Of a stretch of 32,000 nt of DNA, positions 26,082-32,000 are shown one piece after another. Position 1 is the first letter of the stretch. The number at the start of each line of letters is the position of its first letter. Location: contig NZ_CP043315.1 in NCBI RefSeq assembly GCF_008189285.1, positions 330,001-362,000 on the forward strand, in the 5' to 3' direction. The notes beneath the pieces were generated by a model. It worked only from the letters and a program-made list of their open reading frames with translations, was not told the origin of the DNA and ran no database searches. Source of the stretch: Candidatus Saccharimonadota bacterium. GTDB lineage: Bacteria; Pseudomonadota; Alphaproteobacteria; CAJXXZ01; 1604HC. Position numbers and translations under genes: made by a program.

Positions 26082-27242
26082 ATGCATAAATTAATTCTTC
26101 AGTTTGGAGAAAAACAGACAACTGGTTGTGTTGTCAAGGAAAAAGAAAAAATAGCTACAGATATTCTTGATTCTCAAGGAATATCTAATGGAACTATCAC
26201 TGATCTTAATAAATTTACAAAAAAAATACATGAATTAGTTAAAAAACTTGAATTAAGCACAAATGTCAAACTTCAGGATACAGTTGTTATTTTGCCTTCT
26301 GAGCAAATTAAAATTATTTATCTTTCAACGCAAATTAAAATAAAGTCTAAATTTAACATAGATCATATGAAAAAAATGATTTTTCAGCTAAAAAAAACAT
26401 GCAATCAAAATAATTTATATCTTATAAAATGTTTTCCATGCTCAATAAAAATGGATGAGCAAAAAATAGAAAATCCAATGGGCATGGAAGGCTCTATATG
26501 CCAAATTACTTGGAGCATATTTTGCACGCAAAGGGCAATTATCAATAATTTCAGAAATGCTTTTAACAATCTATACATCAATGTTGTTGATTACAGCGTA
26601 TATGATTATGAATTGTTTAATGAAATATTGCATGATGATGACAGAAAACTTGGATCAACAATTTTAAATATTAAAGAAGAAAATGCGATAATTTATTCAA
26701 TAAAAAATCACATTCCAATTGAAATCATAAATATTAATATGGGGTACAGTATAATAGATAATGAAATAGCAGTAAAATTTAATATATCCATAAAACAAGC
26801 AAGTCATTTGAGGAAAAAGTATTGCAGAGGAATTGCAAATGAAAATGACAAAAATCATCATATAAAATTAAGTAAAAGGAATTTATCTGAGAATACAATA
26901 TCTCACTATGAATTTATTCATAAAACCATTCCACTGATTAAAAAGTTTATTTCTCAATTAAAAAATACAGTTGAAAACAAATTGGACTATAGCAATAGAT
27001 TGTTTTTATTTGGAGAATTTGCAGAAATACATGGAATTGAATTCATGTTTAACAAATATTTCGAAAAAAATCTGTATTTATTAAATAAATCCAATATAAA
27101 TAATTTTGACTCAAACATTACTATTATTGATGCTTATTTAAAGAAAACAAAAAACAAAATAAAGAAAAAAAGCGTTTTGTTGAAAATTTCTCACTATATA
27201 TTGCTTGGGTTAAAAAAAATTTATGATATGATTAATAAATAG
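26082..27242 (+). CDS. ftsA: Cell-division protein FtsA (diverged)
   Basis: The 386-aa actin-fold-sized ORF lies immediately upstream of ftsZ. It ends in an amphipathic tail (KKKSVLLKISHYILLGLKKIYDMI) like the FtsA membrane-targeting helix. Sequence motifs are weak, so the call relies on position, size and the tail. Confidence 0.65.
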   Translation: MHKLILQFGEKQTTGCVVKEKEKIATDILDSQGISNGTITDLNKFTKKIHELVKKLELSTNVKLQDTVVILPSEQIKIIYLSTQIKIKSKFNIDHMKKMIFQLKKTCNQNNLYLIKCFPCSIKMDEQKIENPMGMEGSICQITWSIFCTQRAIINNFRNAFNNLYINVVDYSVYDYELFNEILHDDDRKLGSTILNIKEENAIIYSIKNHIPIEIININMGYSIIDNEIAVKFNISIKQASHLRKKYCRGIANENDKNHHIKLSKRNLSENTISHYEFIHKTIPLIKKFISQLKNTVENKLDYSNRLFLFGEFAEIHGIEFMFNKYFEKNLYLLNKSNINNFDSNITIIDAYLKKTKNKIKKKSVLLKISHYILLGLKKIYDMINK

Positions 27243-27257
27243 TTAATGGAGATGGTA

Positions 27258-28607
27258 ATGAAAAAAAATATGAATCTTAGGATTGTTGTTCTTGGTGTTG
27301 GTGGAGCTGGATGCAATGCAGTCAATAATATGATTAAGGGCAAATCTACCAAAGCATCTATCAAAAATAAATTAGATGCTATTCTTACTTCAAAAGATGA
27401 ACATAATAATGACTCATCAAATGAAAGCGAAGTTTCTGATAGTTTGTTTTCTGGAGACACTGAAGAATTATGCGACATTGAATTTGCAGTTTGCAATACT
27501 GATATACAAGCATTAAATGAATCTAATTGCGCAAAAAAAATACAACTTGGAACAAAAACAGCTCAAGGTTTAGGGGCTGGCTCCAAGCCGGAGTGTGGTA
27601 AAAAAGCTGCAGAAGAAAGCATAGATTCTATAATGGAATTTTTGAGCGATGCAAATATGGTTATCATCACTGCTGGAATGGGAGGAGGAACTGGAACTGG
27701 AGCTGCTCCAGTTATTGCAGAAGCTGCAAAAGCTGCAGGAATTCTAACATTGGGAATTGTAACAAAGCCTTTTAATTTTGAAGGATCGCATAGAGTCAAT
27801 GTTGCAGAAAAAGGAATAGAAGAATTGCAAAATAATGTCGATACATTAGTAATTGTTTCTAATCAAAATCTACACAGTATTACAGCTGGAAACACTCCAT
27901 TTGTAGATGCTTTTGGCATTGCGGATAAGTTTCTTGCGGATTGCATTAGCAGCGTTGTGAATATCATTAAAAATCCAGGATTAATTAATGTTGACTTTGC
28001 AGATTTATCTACTGTTGTAAAAGACAGAAGAAATAAAGCTATGATGGGAAGCGGAATTGCAAGTGGAGAAAATAAAGGAGCGAAAGCTGCTGCAACAGCA
28101 ATGTCTAATTTATTATTAGATTTTGGTGATTTTTCTTGGAAGAATGTTGACCATGTATTGGTTTGTATTACAGGTGGACCTAATTTAAGCATGGACGATG
28201 TTTCTGATGCTACTCAAAAGATTAATGAAGAAGTTTCTAGCAATGCACATATTATTCTTGGAGCGACTTTTTCAGATAACGAAGATGATTCAATAAGAAT
28301 TTTCATATTTGGAACAAGCAAAATCAATGAAAGTGAAATAAAAAAAGATGGGGAAGAGAAAAAACGAAAAAAAGTGAATGCTAATTATGATGAAGATGGA
28401 GATGATAATGTATTTATTGGATCTAAGCATTATAATCTAAATGAACCAAATAGTGAGTTTAAAGCTGATTATAGCAATTCAAAAACAAATGACAAAAAAA
28501 ATGGATGGTCTGTTTTAAATTTCTGGAAAAAAAACAAAAAGAGCGAAGAGGAAGTTTCTGTAAAAAATAATCTTCCTGATTTTCTCAAAGATCAAGATGA
28601 TCAATAA
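27258..28607 (+). CDS. ftsZ: Cell-division GTPase FtsZ, with an insertion in the N-terminal domain
   Basis: FtsZ motifs are present: GVGGAGCNAVNNM, NTD.QAL, LGAGS.PE.G..AA.ES, ITAGMGGGTGTGAAPVIAE, VTKPF.FEG..R, N.D.AD and the C-terminal peptide LPDFLKDQ. The GGAG Shine-Dalgarno at 27248-27251 favours the ATG at 27258 over the track start at 27246. Confidence 0.95.
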   Translation: MKKNMNLRIVVLGVGGAGCNAVNNMIKGKSTKASIKNKLDAILTSKDEHNNDSSNESEVSDSLFSGDTEELCDIEFAVCNTDIQALNESNCAKKIQLGTKTAQGLGAGSKPECGKKAAEESIDSIMEFLSDANMVIITAGMGGGTGTGAAPVIAEAAKAAGILTLGIVTKPFNFEGSHRVNVAEKGIEELQNNVDTLVIVSNQNLHSITAGNTPFVDAFGIADKFLADCISSVVNIIKNPGLINVDFADLSTVVKDRRNKAMMGSGIASGENKGAKAAATAMSNLLLDFGDFSWKNVDHVLVCITGGPNLSMDDVSDATQKINEEVSSNAHIILGATFSDNEDDSIRIFIFGTSKINESEIKKDGEEKKRKKVNANYDEDGDDNVFIGSKHYNLNEPNSEFKADYSNSKTNDKKNGWSVLNFWKKNKKSEEEVSVKNNLPDFLKDQDDQ

Positions 28608-28772
28608 TTTGCACTAAACTGCATTTTATTTACAATTCAATACATATTACATTTATATAAAATTATTTTTTTATGCAATTTAATGCTACCGTAATTCAAA
28701 TTATTATTTATGATTATTTCTTGACGAATTATTGCATCTCATTTACAATACTTGTTATGGAAGATTTAAAGT

Positions 28773-29048
28773 ATGAATTCTAGCTCTGTACCGTTTTATG
28801 GGATAGTTGAATCTGTGTGTGCTGGAAAAATGAAAATTTTATTGGTATCAGATGTAGAAACCAAAACAAAAGTAGAGGGAGAGCTTAGGATTATTGCTTG
28901 CTTATCAGGCAAAATCAGAAATAATAAAATAAGAATAACTATGGGAGATAAAGTCAAAGTAAATATCAATCCTAGAAACCTACAAAAAGCCAGCAAAGAT
29001 AATGGATGGATTTCAGGCACTGGAACCGTAGTTTTCAGAGAAAAGTAA
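28773..29048 (+). CDS. infA: Translation initiation factor IF-1 (elongated, 91 aa)
   Basis: The S1/OB core is recognisable against E. coli IF-1: GIVESV..GKMKILL matches GTVLETLPNTMFRVEL, LSGKIRNNKIRITMGDKV.V matches [20 protein letters not shown], and VVFR matches IVFR. Two extra loops are present. Confidence 0.8.
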   Translation: MNSSSVPFYGIVESVCAGKMKILLVSDVETKTKVEGELRIIACLSGKIRNNKIRITMGDKVKVNINPRNLQKASKDNGWISGTGTVVFREK

Positions 29049-29694
29049 TTGAATCAATTAAGATTTTTAGTTTAATTTATACAATATTGCATTAAACGCT
29101 ATGAATCAGAATGTATTTGCTGTGTATTCAAAAAAACCAATATATATTATGAAATAAATTATAAATTTAAGCATTTTCTACATTGTTATATATTTAATTA
29201 CGATGCATGTTTTCCTTTTAATTGCATGCTCATTCACCAATTACGCAATGATTAATTACAACTAGTTTAAAAGTGATCAATCATCTGATTGCAATACTTT
29301 CAAATGAAATAGAAATCTTGAGCATTCAATAAATATTGAACAGTAAGAAGAAAGTAAAAAATCAAATAGCGCAAATATATCGAAGAATTTGCAAAGCAAG
29401 TAAAATGAAATAAATATTAATGAGAGAAAGTGAATTTGACTTTAGATAGCGCAAATTACTAATCAAAACAAAACAATAGATCGCTTAATGCGCCTTGGAA
29501 AATTGTTTTTAGCAGCTTAAAAGAAATTTTTGGATATCATTTTGATACATTCAAGAAAAAATAAATATTTATAAGAAAAATTTCAATAAATGAATTATTG
29601 TGGGAATTGAAATCTATCATCATGAAAAATCTAAACAATGCTTATGATTTTTCTTTTGCAAATGCATATTATATAGGAAATTAATTAAGCAAAA

Positions 29695-30816
29695 TCATTT
29701 AACAAAGCTCTCATGCAAATCTTTTTCTAAATTTGATGCGTATTTCTTTTCAATGCAAATCCATGAATATGAGTCCATGCAAGAGTATATTTCGGAATAT
29801 TTCTTTGCAATATTCAAAAAATGATCTTTTGCAATTTTGCTTGGATGTATTAAAGTTATTTTCATATATTTTTGTTTTGAAATATTTTTATTGTTATTTA
29901 AAGCATAATTTTCAAATTCTTCTTGATTGGAAAAAATACACCATTTGCCAAATGTAAAAATATGCTCACTTGGAATTGGATCATGATTTTCTAAGGGGAT
30001 TATAAATGCTTGCTGCGATGTTACAATATTTTTTTGTGAAAAATTATTAGAAATCATTGTGCCAGATTCTTTTTGAAATGCAGATTCTACAAATATTTTT
30101 ACATTATGCTTTTTCGCATATTTCACAGCTTTGTAGCAAACAACTTTTGCTCCATGTTTAGATGCAATTTCCATATTTTCATAACTAAGGCTATCTATTT
30201 TCTTTCCTGAATTTGAATTTGGATCACAAGTAAAAACACCAGATACATTTTTGTATATATAGCAATCTGCATTTAGCTCAGCAGCAATAGCAACAGCAGT
30301 CAAATCAGAAGAACTTTCCCCTAATGTGGTAATATTTTTGCTTGGAGAAATTCCTTGAAATCCGGCTACAACAGGTATTGTCTTTTGATTTATCAATTCT
30401 TTTATGTATTTCATAGAAATTTGCTGAATTTCAGCATCTCCATAATTATCATCAGTAACAATAGGAAGCTGCCACCCACATAAGGGAATCGATTTATAGC
30501 CACAATCTTGCAAACACAATGAAAAAACTCCAGCGCTTATTGTTTCTCCTGATGATAATATTAAATCTGATGCAATATTGGAATATTTTTTAATGGAATT
30601 CAAATTTCCTGAATGCTTTTCAAGAGCGCATTCATTTTCTGATGAAATTTGAGATATTAAATCTCTTAATTGATTAGTTGTATCATTCATGGCAGACACA
30701 ACAATTATAATGGAATGTTCATTAAATTTAGGGGATATTTTTTTAATGCAATGCTTAATTTTATCTATATCTGCTACAGTTGCTCCTCCAAATTTCATAA
30801 CTAAACATCTCTTCAT
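29695..30816 (-). CDS. lysC: Aspartate kinase (diverged, short regulatory tail)
   Basis: Amino-acid-kinase fold motifs are present: V.KFGGATVA, VVSAM.DTTN.L, LSSGETISAGVFSLCL...G, IPVVAGFQG......ITTLGESSSDLTAVAIAAEL.AD...IYK.V.GVFT.DPN and A..GAKV. Confidence 0.8.
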   Translation of the reverse strand: MKRCLVMKFGGATVADIDKIKHCIKKISPKFNEHSIIIVVSAMNDTTNQLRDLISQISSENECALEKHSGNLNSIKKYSNIASDLILSSGETISAGVFSLCLQDCGYKSIPLCGWQLPIVTDDNYGDAEIQQISMKYIKELINQKTIPVVAGFQGISPSKNITTLGESSSDLTAVAIAAELNADCYIYKNVSGVFTCDPNSNSGKKIDSLSYENMEIASKHGAKVVCYKAVKYAKKHNVKIFVESAFQKESGTMISNNFSQKNIVTSQQAFIIPLENHDPIPSEHIFTFGKWCIFSNQEEFENYALNNNKNISKQKYMKITLIHPSKIAKDHFLNIAKKYSEIYSCMDSYSWICIEKKYASNLEKDLHESFVK

Positions 30817-30852
30817 GATTAATGATATGCAAATGTTTCATAATAAATCAAA

Positions 30853-31350
30853 TCAATTTTCAAAATATTTCTTATCTTTGCTTGATCTTGATCCAAATTC
30901 AAACACATATGCATCCTTGAGACATGATCCAAAAATTCCTGCAGCTGTAGAAATAATGCAAATCATCTCAGTAGATAGATCAGAGATCATGCCTAAAACT
31001 AATAGGCAGAATGATAATCCTGCAAATGCTAAAAATAACATAATATGTCTTTTTCTTTTCTCATGCTTGCTCAGTAAAGCATCTCTTTTTCTAGCATTTT
31101 TTCTATCTTTGTGATGTATATCTTCTTTTATAATGCTTTCTATAGTCTTTTTTAAAATAATATTAACATGCTGATCTCCACTTAGCTTCTGTATTAATGA
31201 AGATTTATTGCACCCTTTTAAATACTTAAAGATATCAGATGCACTAGAGAAAAACAATTTTGAATAACTCTGCTTTCCCATAAACATGTTTCCAATAAAC
31301 GATCCTATAAATTTAAAAAATTGAAGAATCTTAATTACAATATTAATCAT
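30853..31350 (-). CDS. Hypothetical membrane protein (basic linker + 2 predicted TM helices)
   Basis: The ORF runs from ATG 31350 (the track start at 31356 is TTG). It has a basic stretch (HHKDRKNARKRDALLSKHEKRKRH) followed by hydrophobic IMLFLAFAGLSFCLLVLGMI and MICIISTAAGIFGSCL. I recognise no family. Confidence 0.4.
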   Translation of the reverse strand: MINIVIKILQFFKFIGSFIGNMFMGKQSYSKLFFSSASDIFKYLKGCNKSSLIQKLSGDQHVNIILKKTIESIIKEDIHHKDRKNARKRDALLSKHEKRKRHIMLFLAFAGLSFCLLVLGMISDLSTEMICIISTAAGIFGSCLKDAYVFEFGSRSSKDKKYFEN

Positions 31351-31412
31351 TTGCAAGTGGAATAATTGTTATCTCTGGCTTTGGTAATTCAATAATCTCT
31401 TGTATGTAAAAA

Positions 31413-32000
31413 TTATCTAAGATATTCATTATGTCTCCTTTCTTCATTTTGACAGCTCTTATATAAATTCATTCTCAATTCATTAAAATGATGGTCATAA
31501 TTTGCATTATCTATAATTTTCAAACCAACTATTTGTCCAAAATCTCTTTCAAAATCTATTTTTGTTTTATTGATACATTGAGGCAAATTATAATCCTCTC
31601 CATAAATTCTTTCAATCAAAAACTGACCATGCTGTTTAATTGAATTCATATCAACATAATTATCGCAAAAATAATTTTCTGCTACATAATTTATTTTTTC
31701 ATTTTTATCAGGCTGTTTGTATTCATTAAAATGCAATTTAAATCTTACTTCATTTTTATTATTTTGAAATATTTTCTCATAAGAGAATACATAAGCATAT
31801 TTTTCTTGCATATGAATATCTTTAAATTTAATTTTATCCATTGTTTCTATAAAAGACCAATATTCTGCTGGCCCAGAAATTGAAATTGAATATTTATATG
31901 CATTTTTGCTAACATAACAGTTAATCAATTTCAATAATTGTTGAAAAATGTCTTGACCAGCATCTGAATCAAATAAATTGCATCCATACTGAGATGATCC
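31413..32000 (-). CDS. Hypothetical protein, 5' end outside the window
   Basis: The track start at 31934 is TTG, and the frame stays open to base 32000 (GSSQYGCNLFDSDAGQDIFQQLLKLINCY...), so the gene is truncated by the window edge. I cannot assign a family with confidence. Confidence 0.5.
   Translation of the reverse strand, partial: GSSQYGCNLFDSDAGQDIFQQLLKLINCYVSKNAYKYSISISGPAEYWSFIETMDKIKFKDIHMQEKYAYVFSYEKIFQNNKNEVRFKLHFNEYKQPDKNEKINYVAENYFCDNYVDMNSIKQHGQFLIERIYGEDYNLPQCINKTKIDFERDFGQIVGLKIIDNANYDHHFNELRMNLYKSCQNEERRHNEYLR

Noticed and set aside
30853-31356. The idea that the 2-TM protein with the C-terminal FGSRSSKDKK tail is a phage or GTA-type holin.
   Set aside because: This rested on a vague memory of a motif that I could not reconcile with the holin sequences I do remember. 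No phage genes are adjacent.
1-32000. An alternative genetic code (TGA read as Trp, as in some reduced genomes).
   Set aside because: Conserved Trp positions use TGG (for example the EWGVP segment of Tag and the FWQFAN motif of Tlc). TGA cleanly terminates conserved genes (xer at 12462-12464, mlaE, mrpC). No conserved gene is interrupted by an in-frame TGA.

Overview
This is an AT-rich (roughly 70% A+T by eye, not computed), gene-dense window. It looks like a reduced-genome, host-associated alphaproteobacterium of the Rickettsiales/Holosporales kind. That is an inference from the ATP/ADP translocase gene, the alpha-type F0 operon (a, c, b', b) and Rickettsia-like FtsZ and AtpE sequences. The genetic code is standard: TGA ends conserved genes and Trp is TGG.

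The content is overwhelmingly housekeeping:
- DNA and RNA functions: topA 5' fragment, tag, tRNA-fMet, tRNA-Arg(CCU), a Xer recombinase, infA, and the class II (B12-dependent) ribonucleotide reductase.
- Energy and transport: the F0 ATP synthase operon, an EamA/DMT transporter, tlc, mlaE-mlaF-mlaD, and a degenerate mrpB/C/D-like module.
- Metabolism: rpiB, a short transaldolase, accA, dapE and lysC.
- Division: an ftsB-like gene, ftsA and ftsZ.
- Other: a tricorn-protease homologue, a lipoprotein secretin and a few orphan ORFs.

I see no CRISPR array, IS element or transposon, prophage, toxin-antitoxin pair or recognisable defence cassette. I cannot honestly point to a self-contained novel multi-gene system.

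The items most worth a second look are:
1. A DUF167/YggU gene whose 5' end has been replaced by a signal-peptide-bearing segment paralogous to an orphan secreted-protein gene 4.5 kb away. The two paralogous segments form an inverted bracket around tlc-mlaDFE.
2. A 50-bp, 49/50-identical copy of the tlc FWQFAN-motif coding segment, sitting 3 nt after the tlc stop codon.
3. Lineage-specific insertions in two normally invariant proteins: about 41 aa in the FtsZ GTPase domain, and two loops of about 10 aa each in IF-1.
4. An orphan lipoprotein secretin next to a cytoplasmic tricorn-type giant protease.
5. Three intergenic short tandem repeats, one of which is a helically phased A-tract array upstream of nrdJ.

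All family assignments come from reading the translations by eye. No database search was run.
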